Of a stretch of DNA of 64,000 nucleotides, positions 8,231 to 18,807 are shown piece after piece (position 1 is the first letter of the stretch; each line of letters begins with the position of its first letter). Location of the stretch: assembly GCA_963666345.1 (NCBI GenBank), contig OY762721.1, positions 1 to 64,000 of the forward strand, read 5' to 3'. The notes under the pieces were generated by a model. It was given only the letters and a program-made list of their open reading frames with translations, was not told where the DNA came from and did no database searches. The DNA is from Desulfatiglandales bacterium (GTDB lineage Bacteria > Desulfobacterota > DSM-4660 > Desulfatiglandales > Desulfatiglandaceae). The translations under genes and the position numbers were made by a program.

Positions 8231-10550
8231 ATTAAGGGCCATCCCTGTCATCCTGCTTTTTTCCTTTGTAGGTGTGCACCTCTTTTTTCTTATCCTTCCA
8301 GGGCTGTTTGAAGTTTGGAATGCCCGCACCACTGATTCACTTTTCTTGTTTAGATCGTCATCCAAGTATTTTAAAGCCCCCTATAATGAAAGTATCGTAC
8401 ATTTGGACCTCACAGACAGCAGCGTGGAACGCCTCGGAAATTTCTATCTCAACCGTTCCCACCATGCGCAGGCAATCAGCAACCTTTCCAAGATGGATGT
8501 GGCGGCAATCCTTTATGATTTTATTTTTGCTACTCCGCGAACCGATAAAGAAGACAGACAGCTGATCGAAGCAGTTAGAAATGCCGGATGCGCCTACTTT
8601 GGGATGGCGTTTCTATTGCAGGAAGCTGGTGAAGACCTACCTGGTAAAACCCAAAGAGAATCGACAAGCAGCCGTGAAAAAAGGCATTATCTTGACATGA
8701 CAAAATGGCACCTGCAGGTCGAAGGAGATGCCGATCAGATTTTCAAAGGAACAAATGCAATGATAACCTTCCCCGCCCTTGCATCTGTTTCAAAGGGGCT
8801 CGGTTTTTTGAGTTTAAATGTAGACCGTGATGGTGTTTATAGGCGCATGCCCTTGATTGTACGGCATGGTGGGGCCTTTTATCCAAGCTTTGCATTCAGG
8901 GCCATCTGTGAGTACCTCTCCGTCGCGCCTGAACAAATCATTGTTGAACCGGGTGACAGCATAACTCTAAGAGATGCAAAAAAACCTGGGGAAACATCGA
9001 TTCACGACATTGAGATCCCTATCGATAGACAGGGAAATATGATCGTTGATTTTATCGGAGCCTGGGAGAGGCTCAAACACTACAACTTCGTGGACGTGCT
9101 TAATGCTTCAAAAGAAAGTGAAGCGCTTGAGTTGTGGAAAGAGGAACTTTCAGGAAAGATCATCGTTGTATCAGAGGTCATGACCGGGTCCGCGGATATA
9201 GGTCCGGCTCCAACCGATTCGCTTCTCCCGTTAAGTGCCCTTCATTCATATACCATGCACACCATCCTTACCGAGTCATTTTTCCGCGAACTGTCATGCT
9301 GGAACATGCTCTTTATCGAGGCCCTTATCCTTCTAACCGTATTCATGCTTTCGATCCGCTTTACTTCCGTATATTTCTCTGTGGGTACCTTTTGTCTTGC
9401 ATGTCTTTTCCTCGTCTTTGCCGGTTTAATGTTTTTGTACGGCCATATTATTTTAAATATTATAAGGCCGCTTCTTGTTATCGGTCTTTCCGGCATATCC
9501 ATTGTTGTTTACAGATATATCAGCGAAGAAAAAGAAAGGAATTTTATCCGCGCCACTTTCAGCAGGTATCTGAGTGACGAGGTGGTTGATGAACTGCTTG
9601 AATCTCCGGGCGGACTTGAAATGAGCGGAGAGATCAGAGAGGTCACCTTTATGGTTTCGGACATCAGGGGCTTTACCTCTCTTTCAGCCAGGCTTTCTCC
9701 CCGCGAGACCATAGATATTTTAAATCGATATCTTGAACGCATGGTTGAGATAATATCAAGATACAGGGGAACCGTTAATGAAATCGAGGGGGACGGTATA
9801 CTGGTGTTTTTCGGAGCACCTTTAGACGAGGGGGACAATGAGGAGCGGGCTGTCGCGTGCGCAATCGAGATGCAGAGAGAAATGGTGAAATTTAACCAAG
9901 ATCAGAGGCAGCGTGGTCTTGCGGAACTGGGCATTGGGATTGGGATCAACAGAGGAGAGGTGGTGGTAGGAAATATCGGTTCCGAAAAACGTTCCAAGTA
10001 CAGTGCTATCGGGAGTGCTATCAACACCGCCTATAGAATAGAGTCATATACTGTCGGCGGTCAAATCCTGGTAGGTCCCAGCATTTATGAGAGAATAAGT
10101 TCCGGTCTGGAAATAAAAGGTACCATAAGCGCCCGTTTCAAGGGATTGCCTGAGCCTATGACCTTGTATGATGTGGCTGAAATAAAAGGCGGATATAAAC
10201 TGAGGTTACCTCAAAAAAAGGAGGAAGAGTACACTTTGCTTGTCCCGCCTCTTTCAATTAGATGCTCTCCAATAGAGGGAAAGTCTGTATCCGATAATGC
10301 CATTAATGGGCGGATAATACGACTGGGTCAATCATCAGCAGAGATTATGCTTGAAGAAAATCTCAGTAAGCACACTAATGTTCTTATCCGGATAGATCAT
10401 ATCGGGAAACGGCAGCTATCTGAAATTTATGCCAAAATTCTCTCGAACGATAAGCCCGACTCTCGCGGCCTAAAAAAAAGGATTGAAATCGAATTCACCT
10501 GGGTTCCCGAAGATGCTAAAGCCTATTTGACTGAATTGATGAATGCATGA
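8175..10550 (+). CDS. CHASE2-domain membrane adenylate/guanylate cyclase with C-terminal PilZ-like domain
   Basis: CHASE2 motifs (DFIF, DRDGVYRRMPL), 3 TM helices, cyclase motifs SDIRGFT, EGDG, GNIGS and NTAYRIES; true start uncertain. Confidence 0.88.
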   Translation: MHLTSTVRHTPLITRKRNRLRAIPVILLFSFVGVHLFFLILPGLFEVWNARTTDSLFLFRSSSKYFKAPYNESIVHLDLTDSSVERLGNFYLNRSHHAQAISNLSKMDVAAILYDFIFATPRTDKEDRQLIEAVRNAGCAYFGMAFLLQEAGEDLPGKTQRESTSSREKRHYLDMTKWHLQVEGDADQIFKGTNAMITFPALASVSKGLGFLSLNVDRDGVYRRMPLIVRHGGAFYPSFAFRAICEYLSVAPEQIIVEPGDSITLRDAKKPGETSIHDIEIPIDRQGNMIVDFIGAWERLKHYNFVDVLNASKESEALELWKEELSGKIIVVSEVMTGSADIGPAPTDSLLPLSALHSYTMHTILTESFFRELSCWNMLFIEALILLTVFMLSIRFTSVYFSVGTFCLACLFLVFAGLMFLYGHIILNIIRPLLVIGLSGISIVVYRYISEEKERNFIRATFSRYLSDEVVDELLESPGGLEMSGEIREVTFMVSDIRGFTSLSARLSPRETIDILNRYLERMVEIISRYRGTVNEIEGDGILVFFGAPLDEGDNEERAVACAIEMQREMVKFNQDQRQRGLAELGIGIGINRGEVVVGNIGSEKRSKYSAIGSAINTAYRIESYTVGGQILVGPSIYERISSGLEIKGTISARFKGLPEPMTLYDVAEIKGGYKLRLPQKKEEEYTLLVPPLSIRCSPIEGKSVSDNAINGRIIRLGQSSAEIMLEENLSKHTNVLIRIDHIGKRQLSEIYAKILSNDKPDSRGLKKRIEIEFTWVPEDAKAYLTELMNA

Positions 10551-10597
10551 AAATCATGCTTCTGCATATGAAATTCCGGTTTTGTGGCTAACTGCAC

Positions 10598-11920
10598 TTA
10601 AAAATAATATCTGGCCCTCAGCTCTATCTTATAGGCATTCCGCTTTTCTCCGTATTCACTGTATTCATCTCCGATCAGAAAGCTAGTGCGGAACCTGAAT
10701 TCCAGATTGGTTCCGGGGCTGTATAGAAGTTCCGGGGTAATAGACAGACTCTGATCGTTCAGATTGACAATCGAAGTCACGGCCGGTGTAAAATACAGGA
10801 TAGCAAAGGGTTCTTTCCAAGTGGCCCTAAAATAAAGGTAATCTTTCATCGGTTTGGCAACCGCCATCGAGCCTCTTGATGTCAGGATTGCCTTTGATAG
10901 TCCCGCACTGTTACCGGTTAAAACATACGTGTCATATGAGTTTTTGACGAACCGAAAGAAATTCTCAGCGTCTGTCTCCTTAATGCCTCCGCCGTTGTGA
11001 TAATACTCAACTAAGAAGGTAATGTCATTTGCCGTTAGGTAGCGGATTCCCAAAAGGGAACTCATGACGTCTGATTCCTCAATAGAGACATTGCCGATGG
11101 TGTCAATGGGTTTTTCATCAAAGTCGGTGATCCATGCTATTTCCCCGTGGATTTCAAGGTTTTCCCTGATATTTGTGGCAAAATCAAGGCCGTAACTGCT
11201 GGTTCGGCTTTCGCCTGTGAAAAAAAGAAGATCCAGATCAACATCCCAAAGCAGGAGATACAGTTTGGCCGCAAAATTTATATGATCCTGATCACCGAAA
11301 TCATCGTTTATGTTCTCAGTTACCGGAATCAGGACCGGGGTGAAGGCAACGGTCCTGAGGTGGCCTTCGAAGCTTTTTATCAGATCGGCGCTAAGTGCAT
11401 AATAGCCTTCAAGGGCATCTGTGGGGTTGTCGGGATCCTTGGAGCGGGAGGTAAACGCGACAGGATTAAAGGCATAACCCTTGCCCCATGGGATTACCTG
11501 CTTGCCCGCATTAACGGTAAGACCAGGGCCGGGCTTAAGGGAAGCATAACCTTCCGACAAGGTAGTATCTCGATCCCATTCCGGTCTGTCATGCCAAAGG
11601 AGGCTGTCGGTTCTCAAATAAAGACTCGTGATGTTTTTCCGAAGACTTCCCTCTATACGGAGCCCTAAATTGTATTGTTCCCGGGTCGATTCGCCTGATT
11701 GATTATAATATTGAAGACTGTAAAAGGCACTATCCCGGTTGAGACCTGATAGAACCGGTCTGAACTCGAAGAATCCGCCTAATTCGTACGGTTTTTTTTC
11801 GATTTTCCTTTCAATTTCAGATAGGTCAAACTGATATTCATCCTGACAAAAAGCCAGCCCCGGACAAGATAAAGACCAGCCTGTAAAAAAGATGCTCAAG
11901 AAAATAAGTGTACTCTTCAT
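10598..11920 (-). CDS. Outer-membrane beta-barrel-like protein of a Lol-like export cassette
   Basis: Signal peptide, GKQVIPWGKG..FNP motif, C-terminal aromatic YYF; translationally coupled to the upstream gene. Confidence 0.65.
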   Translation of the reverse strand: MKSTLIFLSIFFTGWSLSCPGLAFCQDEYQFDLSEIERKIEKKPYELGGFFEFRPVLSGLNRDSAFYSLQYYNQSGESTREQYNLGLRIEGSLRKNITSLYLRTDSLLWHDRPEWDRDTTLSEGYASLKPGPGLTVNAGKQVIPWGKGYAFNPVAFTSRSKDPDNPTDALEGYYALSADLIKSFEGHLRTVAFTPVLIPVTENINDDFGDQDHINFAAKLYLLLWDVDLDLLFFTGESRTSSYGLDFATNIRENLEIHGEIAWITDFDEKPIDTIGNVSIEESDVMSSLLGIRYLTANDITFLVEYYHNGGGIKETDAENFFRFVKNSYDTYVLTGNSAGLSKAILTSRGSMAVAKPMKDYLYFRATWKEPFAILYFTPAVTSIVNLNDQSLSITPELLYSPGTNLEFRFRTSFLIGDEYSEYGEKRNAYKIELRARYYF

Positions 11921-12648
11921 CGAAGGCTTTCGATCCTGGAAAGAAAATTAAGGGTGAATGCTTCATCCGGGAGGTTTTTTTTCTTGATCTTGGCAAAGAT
12001 CATGACCGATCGGTATCCTTTATGCAACGGGCTGTCGGTTTCGATCACTGCCGGACGAACAATCCCTGAACCGAAATCTGAAGTTTGTTTGAAATGGAGG
12101 GTTTTGATAAGCATTCCGGATGAGGTAAGACACTCTATCTTGACGGGAAGCAGTTTTTCCTTGTCCACCCACATCTTGACACCGTCATATGCAACAGATC
12201 TGGTTTTGGCTTTCAAGTGAAGCGTCATAAGGTCTTCTTTCCTGTCGACCCTGTCGCAATTGTATTCGGCACTGTAGTCGAGTCTCATTATGTCGGCATT
12301 GTTGAATATCCCTCCGGTTACGGACTGGAGGCTGGTGATGCGAATCGGTTTTCCCACGTTCGGGATATAGAGCCACATATTCTCTCCTACCCTCAATGTG
12401 CTACGACCTTTTTCGCTGGCAGGAGATAAAAAGACGGATGCCACCTTGTCCCGCCCTTTTTTAATGGAATACATGATGAATTCCTTTTTTGAGCCGTCCG
12501 GTTCGACATTGATCAGTTTCCGATACATGTCAAAGGCCTCGGGATTAAGGTTTCTATCAACTTTTTGTAGGATTTCGTCTCCCTCAGCAGAATATGCGGG
12601 CAGGGAGGTCAACAGGCTGATAATAATTAGAGCTAGAACCCTTGGCAT
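11917..12648 (-). CDS. Outer membrane lipoprotein-sorting (LolA-like) protein
   Basis: Signal peptide; FLSPASEKG, MWLYIP, LIKTL motifs; gene context. Confidence 0.8.
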   Translation of the reverse strand: MPRVLALIIISLLTSLPAYSAEGDEILQKVDRNLNPEAFDMYRKLINVEPDGSKKEFIMYSIKKGRDKVASVFLSPASEKGRSTLRVGENMWLYIPNVGKPIRITSLQSVTGGIFNNADIMRLDYSAEYNCDRVDRKEDLMTLHLKAKTRSVAYDGVKMWVDKEKLLPVKIECLTSSGMLIKTLHFKQTSDFGSGIVRPAVIETDSPLHKGYRSVMIFAKIKKKNLPDEAFTLNFLSRIESLR

Positions 12649-12670
12649 ATAGCCTCCATTATACTATCGA

Positions 12671-13930
12671 TTAGACGTGTCCCAACGCCTCTATCGGCTC
12701 CATCTTCGAGGCCTTATGAGCCGGTTGCAGGCTGGCAAAAACCGAAACAAGCAATACTATAACGGAAAGCCAGAGCATTTCGATGAAACTGACAGAGGGG
12801 GTCAAAATCAGGTTGTCCATCCTGCCGAAAGAAAAGCGGATTTTATAGACATTCAGGATGAAAATTCCTGAAAGGCCTATAATATTGCCGGCAGCAATGC
12901 TGATCAAACCAAGGGTAAATCCCTCGGCCAGAAAGAGTGCCATGATTTTGCCGGGCGTAGTTCCGATTGCTGACATGGTCCCGATTTCTCTGACCCGTTC
13001 ATACACGCTCATGATCATAACGTTTAAGATACTGATGAGCACGATAGAAATCATGATAAGCTTCATCGTCCCTGACATGAGATCGATCATTCTGGCTATA
13101 TTGTAAAAAGGGGAGAGCTTTTCCCACGTGTGGATCTCAAAGGCGGGATTTCCTTTTTTATTCTTAAATTTTGCCGCTGAAGATGCAAGATTTTCATAGA
13201 CGGAAGATAGCATGTTGAAGTCCTTGAGGCGTACGGCCACCTCGGTGATCTCCGGCTTTTCCATGCGAAGCAGGTCTGAGGCATCTTTAATGTGGATGTA
13301 ACCCTCTTTTCCCTGTGGCCCCACTATGGCCTCTATAATGCCTGCCACTGTGAAATTGAGGCCGTTTACCGAACCTTCTTTATTGTTGGCGACCAGTACC
13401 ACTGTATCTCCGGGGGATATTTTCATTCCCTTTGCAAGCTTATCCGGAATAATGATTTCGCCCGGATTTATGAGTTTCTTCCTATCCTTTTCCAGGAATG
13501 TCACCCTGTCCCCCACGGCAGGACAAACCTTCACCTCTTTTTCCGGATCAATTGCATTGAGCCTGATGTTGGTTGTCTCTGAATAGTTGCTCAGCATGGC
13601 GCCAAGCTTTATCCTTGGTGCCCAGGCATCAACAGAGGGATGACCTTTTAGTACCCCTTCTATATCGGCATACCCTTTTTTGTCCAGATTGAGGTTCAGG
13701 GGTACTGAATCCATGGAAGACACATATCCTTTTTTATGGATCTGGATCTGGGAGATATTAGCATCTGTAATCTGGCCGATCATCATTGCCTTGAATGATC
13801 CTGACAGACCGGAGAAAAGGATGACCATAAGCACTCCCAGAGTGATCAACAGAGATGTCAGCAGTGTTCGTCTCTTGTAGCGCATCAGGTTGCGAAGGGC
13901 CATCTTGAAAATGCGAATCATTTTGATCAC
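12671..13930 (-). CDS. ABC transporter permease, FtsX/LolE/MacB family
   Basis: ALRNL..RRT, SVYERVREIGTM.AIG and PA.KASKMEPIEAL motifs. Confidence 0.9.
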   Translation of the reverse strand: MIKMIRIFKMALRNLMRYKRRTLLTSLLITLGVLMVILFSGLSGSFKAMMIGQITDANISQIQIHKKGYVSSMDSVPLNLNLDKKGYADIEGVLKGHPSVDAWAPRIKLGAMLSNYSETTNIRLNAIDPEKEVKVCPAVGDRVTFLEKDRKKLINPGEIIIPDKLAKGMKISPGDTVVLVANNKEGSVNGLNFTVAGIIEAIVGPQGKEGYIHIKDASDLLRMEKPEITEVAVRLKDFNMLSSVYENLASSAAKFKNKKGNPAFEIHTWEKLSPFYNIARMIDLMSGTMKLIMISIVLISILNVMIMSVYERVREIGTMSAIGTTPGKIMALFLAEGFTLGLISIAAGNIIGLSGIFILNVYKIRFSFGRMDNLILTPSVSFIEMLWLSVIVLLVSVFASLQPAHKASKMEPIEALGHV

Positions 13931-14634
13931 TCCTTTCCGCTTCCTTGGAGTACTTTAGAGTCAATAAGGCGGCCGTCCTCAAGTGTGTGAATGATTTCCG
14001 CTTCTTCCATAATTCCAATGTCATGAGTGGAGAAAATGAATGTGGTATGGAATTTATCCCGCATCTCCTTCATAAGGCGGATAACATTTAATGCGGTTTT
14101 GCGGTCAAGGTTTGCCGTGGGTTCGTCTGCCAGTACCAGTTTAGGGCGTGTCACCAGGGCGCGGGCTATGGCTACCCTCTGCCTCTGTCCTCCTGAAAGC
14201 TGGTCGGGTCGTTTATCTGTCTGATCGGACATGCCCACAGCCTCAAGTACTTCCATTACCTGCGCCTTGCGGTTTGAGATGGCTCTGTCTTTGATCATGA
14301 CAAGAGGGTATTCAATGTTTTCGTATGTGGTCAGAACAGGAAAAAGATTAAATGTCTGAAAAATAAATCCAAAGACCGACCCTCGGAAATCAGCGCTTTC
14401 CTTGCGGTTCAGATCACTGACATCTGTTCCGTCTACGATAATTTTTCCCTTTGAAGGCCTGTCCAGACATCCGATTATATTAAGCAAGGTGGTTTTACCG
14501 CTTCCCGAAGGTCCTACAAAAGAAACAAAGGCCGCTTCCTCAATTGAAAGCGTTACATCCTTGAGCGCCTGTATATGAACCTCGCCCATCAGGTAGTCTT
14601 TGGATATATTTCTGATATCAACCAGGCCCACCAT
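13927..14634 (-). CDS. ABC transporter ATP-binding protein, LolD/MacB family
   Basis: [34 protein letters not shown]. Confidence 0.93.
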   Translation of the reverse strand: MVGLVDIRNISKDYLMGEVHIQALKDVTLSIEEAAFVSFVGPSGSGKTTLLNIIGCLDRPSKGKIIVDGTDVSDLNRKESADFRGSVFGFIFQTFNLFPVLTTYENIEYPLVMIKDRAISNRKAQVMEVLEAVGMSDQTDKRPDQLSGGQRQRVAIARALVTRPKLVLADEPTANLDRKTALNVIRLMKEMRDKFHTTFIFSTHDIGIMEEAEIIHTLEDGRLIDSKVLQGSGKE

Positions 14635-14844
14635 ATCCCCCCTTGCTGTGACTTGATCTGAATTTTTAAGTGTCTTGAGGGATTATACTTGGGTGAAGAG
14701 GAAGGAATCAAGCCCCAGTTGAATTTTTTTTGAAAAAGCAGCATCCTTTGTTATTTCAGAATTGAAGTAATCTACATCGCGGAATAAGAAATTTCACGCA
14801 ATTTCCTGAAATATCAAAAGGCGGGCTGCTGTTTGATTTTTGTT

Positions 14845-16491
14845 TTACGGTCTTTTCAGGGTACCGCTTTTGCGATCCTCCAATGCCGTTTTTCTGGCAA
14901 TGAAATATTTCTTTTTACCTGTCGGGGTAATGGGAATTTCCTCAGTAAACTTTATGTAACGGGGTCTCTTAAATTTTGAAAGCCCGGGATTTTCAGTGAG
15001 AAACTTGAAGAGTTCTTTTGAGGAAAGGCCCTCGTTTGATTTAACGATATAGGCGGCAAGTGCCTCGCCCCTTATCTTATCGGGTATTCCGACGACAATA
15101 GAGTCTTCGACATCCGGATGCTCATTGATTATCGCCTCTATCTGCGCGGGGTGTATGTTTTCTCCTTCGCAGATAATCATGTCGTCTCTCCGTCCGCAAA
15201 TGGTGATAAAGCCTTCTTTATCCCATGTGGCAATGTCTTTCGTGTAATACCAGCCGTTATAGTAATTTTTATCATCCTCAGGTTTGTTATGGTACCTGTA
15301 GGGCGCCTTGAGCGTCTGGATTATCACCTCTCCCTCTTCCCTGCCGTCAGCCTCTACCAGTTCATGCGGCTCTGCATGCTCCTTGTAGTCATAGATCTTC
15401 ACCACCCTTACGAGATCGTCCGTGCAGGCCCTTCCGGCTGTCCCGGCTTTTTCCGGTAGTTCATAAGGCCTTAAAAAACTATTCCAGAATGTTTCGGTGG
15501 TGCCGTAGCCATTAAATATATTGCGTGTAAGCAGCTTTTGATATTTTAGACAGGCCTCCTTGCTGAGAGGTGCGCCCATCGTAGTGATTCCTTTCAGACT
15601 GCTCAGATCACGTGGATTCCTTAGCTGGGCGGCAGCGAGCATTTCAAGATTCGCAGGTGCCCCTACCAGAAAGGTTAATTTGTAGTTTTCTACGTAATCA
15701 AGAACCAGACGGGGGTTGAATGTCTTTAATGCGAATATCTCCGCACCAGCATGCAGGGTGGGGCATGGCCCCCCGCTGTGAAGGCCTCCTGCATGAAACC
15801 ATGGCGACATGTTCATCGTCTTGTCAAGGGGGCTCAGGGGGAAGTGCATAAGCACGTCGTAGCTCCTTATCAGGTTGTTTATGCTGTTAAACGGTACCCC
15901 TTTTGGATTGCCTGTGGTTCCCGATGTGTATAGCCTGACCGTTTCATCGAAAGGTGATATGTCTTCAGGGAAGATGTCGTCTACAGGCATTCCACCGACG
16001 TATTGGGCGTAGCTTATGGAACCCTTGAAAGGATTTCCCTTTCCCACCATGATGATTTTTTCCGGTTTATGATTCGATGTCAGTATCGCCTTTTCGACGG
16101 TTTCTTTAACCTCTGAGTCGTAGAAAAAAATCTTGGGCCTGCTGTCTTCAATGTGAAGGGCAATTTCTCCTTCCGCCAGTTTGAAGTTAATCGGAGAAAA
16201 AATTATTCCCCCCTTTTGGAGGCCGATCCAGCAGAAAACGTATTCGGCTGTGTTAAACAAAGAACCCATGGCGACGTCACCCTTTTTGAGTCCCTGTTGC
16301 CTAACTGCATGGGCAAGCCTGTTGCATTCCTTGTTCAGCTCATCATAGGTCCAACCGGTTTTTTCGGTTGTACAGGTAAGTGCATTCCTAAAAGGATTCC
16401 GTTCCACGTTTCTCATAAAACTCTGCAGATAGACGAAGTCGTTGGTAAATCTTTTTTCGAATTCACTCATGATCCGGTCGCTCCTTGTCAA
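14845..16491 (-). CDS. Acyl-CoA synthetase (AMP-forming)
   Basis: YTSGTTGNPKG, GYGTTE, GRRDDMI and PITPTGK motifs; start may be ATG 16470. Confidence 0.9.
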   Translation of the reverse strand: MTRSDRIMSEFEKRFTNDFVYLQSFMRNVERNPFRNALTCTTEKTGWTYDELNKECNRLAHAVRQQGLKKGDVAMGSLFNTAEYVFCWIGLQKGGIIFSPINFKLAEGEIALHIEDSRPKIFFYDSEVKETVEKAILTSNHKPEKIIMVGKGNPFKGSISYAQYVGGMPVDDIFPEDISPFDETVRLYTSGTTGNPKGVPFNSINNLIRSYDVLMHFPLSPLDKTMNMSPWFHAGGLHSGGPCPTLHAGAEIFALKTFNPRLVLDYVENYKLTFLVGAPANLEMLAAAQLRNPRDLSSLKGITTMGAPLSKEACLKYQKLLTRNIFNGYGTTETFWNSFLRPYELPEKAGTAGRACTDDLVRVVKIYDYKEHAEPHELVEADGREEGEVIIQTLKAPYRYHNKPEDDKNYYNGWYYTKDIATWDKEGFITICGRRDDMIICEGENIHPAQIEAIINEHPDVEDSIVVGIPDKIRGEALAAYIVKSNEGLSSKELFKFLTENPGLSKFKRPRYIKFTEEIPITPTGKKKYFIARKTALEDRKSGTLKRP

Positions 16492-16600
16492 AAAATAATT
16501 TTTGAATTGTTACCGTTAACCTTATGAAAACAATTAATCCCTCGAATTTTTGATCCATTGAAATCTTTTCACAAACAAGTTGGAGAAGAGTCGTTTTCTT

Positions 16601-17860
16601 TTACTCGAATTTTTTGAATATCAAGGAGGCATTATTGCCTCCGAAACCGAATGAATTTGACAGGACGCATTCTACGTCCATTTTTCTGGCGGAATTAGGC
16701 ACGTAATCCAGATCACACTGAGGATCAGGGGTGTCATAATTGATCGTCGCAGGGATGATTGCATCACGAATTGAAAGGATTGAAAAAATAGATTCAACCG
16801 CACCTGTTGCCCCTATCATATGTCCGGTCATCGATTTATTGGAGGTAACCGGAATTCGCCTGCTGCCTTTACCAAACACTCGACCGATAGCCTTTGTTTC
16901 AGATATATCGTTCAGCTCTGTGGAAGTGCCATGGGCATTTATGCAGTCTATTTGACAAGGTGAAAGGCCTGCGTCAGACAGGGCGTTAATCATGCTTTTT
17001 GCCGGTCCATCCGCTTCAGGATCCGGACCGGTTACATGAAAGGCATCACAAGAGGAGCCATAACCTATTATTTCGGCATATATCCCTGCGTTCCTCTTGA
17101 TTGCGGAATCAAGATCTTCAAGAATAAGTATGCCGGAGCCCTCTGCCGGCACGAAACCGTCACGGTTTTTGTCGAAGGGTCGTGAGGCCTTCTCAGGCTC
17201 GTCATTGCGCTTTGAAGTGGCTTTCATGGAATCATAACCCAGGAACATAATCCTCGTTATCGCTGCCTCGCTCCCTCCTACAACCGCTCTGTCGCATTCG
17301 CCTCTCTGTAGGAGCCTGAAACCTTGTCCGATCGCATGAGCGCCGGAAGCGCAGGCGGCATTTATGGCGAAATTGGGACCTTTAGCGGAAATGCAGATCG
17401 CAACAAGGCCGGAGATCATGCTGGGTAGCGTTCCCGGAACCAGGTAGGACGAGATCCTGCTGTTTTTTGATGCATTTATTTTGTTGATGTTTTTTTCTAA
17501 CAGAGCAATGCCGCCAAGTGAATTGCCGATTACAACAGCGGTCTTGTCGGAAGCCTCTCCTGAAAGAACGATTCCTGAATCTTTAACTGCCATGATGCTG
17601 GAAGCCACGGCGAGGTTTATTGATCTGTCGAAACGCTTTTCAAATCGCCGGTCCATAAAATCGCCCGGATTGAAATCTTTTATCTGCCCTGCAATTTTGG
17701 TGCGCATATTTGTAGTATCAAAGTCATTGATCTTGGTTATTCCGGAGCGGCCTTCAAGAAGAAAATGCCAGCTTTCTTCAACGCCTATGGCCAGAGGCGT
17801 AATGGCACCTAGTCCGGTTACTACTACGCGCGTCTTTTTTTTTGAGCGTTCGATTCTCAT
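16601..17860 (-). CDS. fabF: Beta-ketoacyl-ACP synthase II-like
   Basis: RVVVTGLG; catalytic ACASG, NAHGTST and GHMIGA; SNSFGFGG; start moved to ATG 17860. Confidence 0.88.
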   Translation of the reverse strand: MRIERSKKKTRVVVTGLGAITPLAIGVEESWHFLLEGRSGITKINDFDTTNMRTKIAGQIKDFNPGDFMDRRFEKRFDRSINLAVASSIMAVKDSGIVLSGEASDKTAVVIGNSLGGIALLEKNINKINASKNSRISSYLVPGTLPSMISGLVAICISAKGPNFAINAACASGAHAIGQGFRLLQRGECDRAVVGGSEAAITRIMFLGYDSMKATSKRNDEPEKASRPFDKNRDGFVPAEGSGILILEDLDSAIKRNAGIYAEIIGYGSSCDAFHVTGPDPEADGPAKSMINALSDAGLSPCQIDCINAHGTSTELNDISETKAIGRVFGKGSRRIPVTSNKSMTGHMIGATGAVESIFSILSIRDAIIPATINYDTPDPQCDLDYVPNSARKMDVECVLSNSFGFGGNNASLIFKKFE

Positions 17861-17961
17861 TTTCGACTCCCAATACAGGAATAGAATTACCACTTGAAAC
17901 ACGCAAATAATAAATCTAAACATTAACTGAACATTATTAATTCAGGTAAATGTTAGGCCAG

Positions 17962-18008
17962 TGTCATATATGAAATAGCAACGCGTAGTGTTAATGTCAT
18001 ATGAAATA
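17962..18008. promoter_or_regulatory. Two related palindromic operator-like sites upstream of fabF
   Basis: TGTCATATATGAAATA (17962-17977) and TGTCATATGAAATA (17995-18008), next to a minus-strand TTGACT at 18014-18019. Confidence 0.4.
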
Positions 18009-18351
18009 AGACAAGTCAAGAGCTTGAACGGTCATTTTGTCGCTGTTACCTCTACAAATAAAAGATCTAATGCCTACAGTTAGTTCAATGTTTGGAAAAA
18101 TTGCATGCAGTTTTTCCCCCCCTGGTGTCGTTTCAACAACAAAGAAACTGATCTACCAGGAAGGAGTGAAACAAAGGCATATAGGCCGCGCACATTGTTG
18201 CAGCTTTTCGGCACCTGTCAAAGGTATCAAAAAAATTTCAAGCGAGTGCTTATTTTGACTAAATTGGACGGTTGGATTTGGAAACTGGGCCGCGGTTGAC
18301 TAAAAAATGATTTGATCTTAAAATTAACGGCAGAATATAAAGAGATCCGTT

Positions 18352-18651
18352 ATGGATGAAAAGGAATACAGAAAAAGATATATTAAGCTTAGGTTACTTA
18401 AGAGCATACAGGATCATTTGAAAAATGACAGTGAGGAATCCATGCTCTATCCGGTAAAGGTCCCCAATGATATGCTTTTTCAACTGCTGCGGTCAAAGGG
18501 GCCCGATAGCGTGGATAAACTTATGCAAGGTATTTTCAGAAGGGGCCTTTCGCAATGGTGTGAAGACCTTTACAAAAATGAATTCAGAACCGAAAAAAAT
18601 CTGGAGGCATTTATAAAGCTGGTAAAGGAGAGAAACAAAGAAAGCCGATAA
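18352..18651 (+). CDS. Hypothetical protein (99 aa)
   Basis: Clean ORF with protein-like composition; no family recognised. Confidence 0.6.
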   Translation: MDEKEYRKRYIKLRLLKSIQDHLKNDSEESMLYPVKVPNDMLFQLLRSKGPDSVDKLMQGIFRRGLSQWCEDLYKNEFRTEKNLEAFIKLVKERNKESR

Positions 18652-18733
18652 TCTGATATGCCCGCCCAAAGAAAGAATTTCCTTAAATCTTCATGAGGTT
18701 TTGAATTAATTTCCCTTGGATGCCAGATAGATC

Positions 18734-18778
18734 TTGACGTGGGGAAAATTTATTTTATAGTAGTCTGACAACAGACAT
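18734..18778 (+). promoter_or_regulatory. Promoter with overlapping FadR/GntR-type operator
   Basis: TTGACG-N16-TATAGT; TAGTAGTCTGACAACAGACAT (18758-18778) recurs at 36095. Confidence 0.6.
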
Positions 18779-18807
18779 CAAAGAGGGGGATCGCTTTTTC
18801 CCGTGCC

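Noticed and set aside
18037..18299. Overlapping short ORFs (73 and 64 aa)
   Set aside because: No RBS or recognisable domain; probably spurious.
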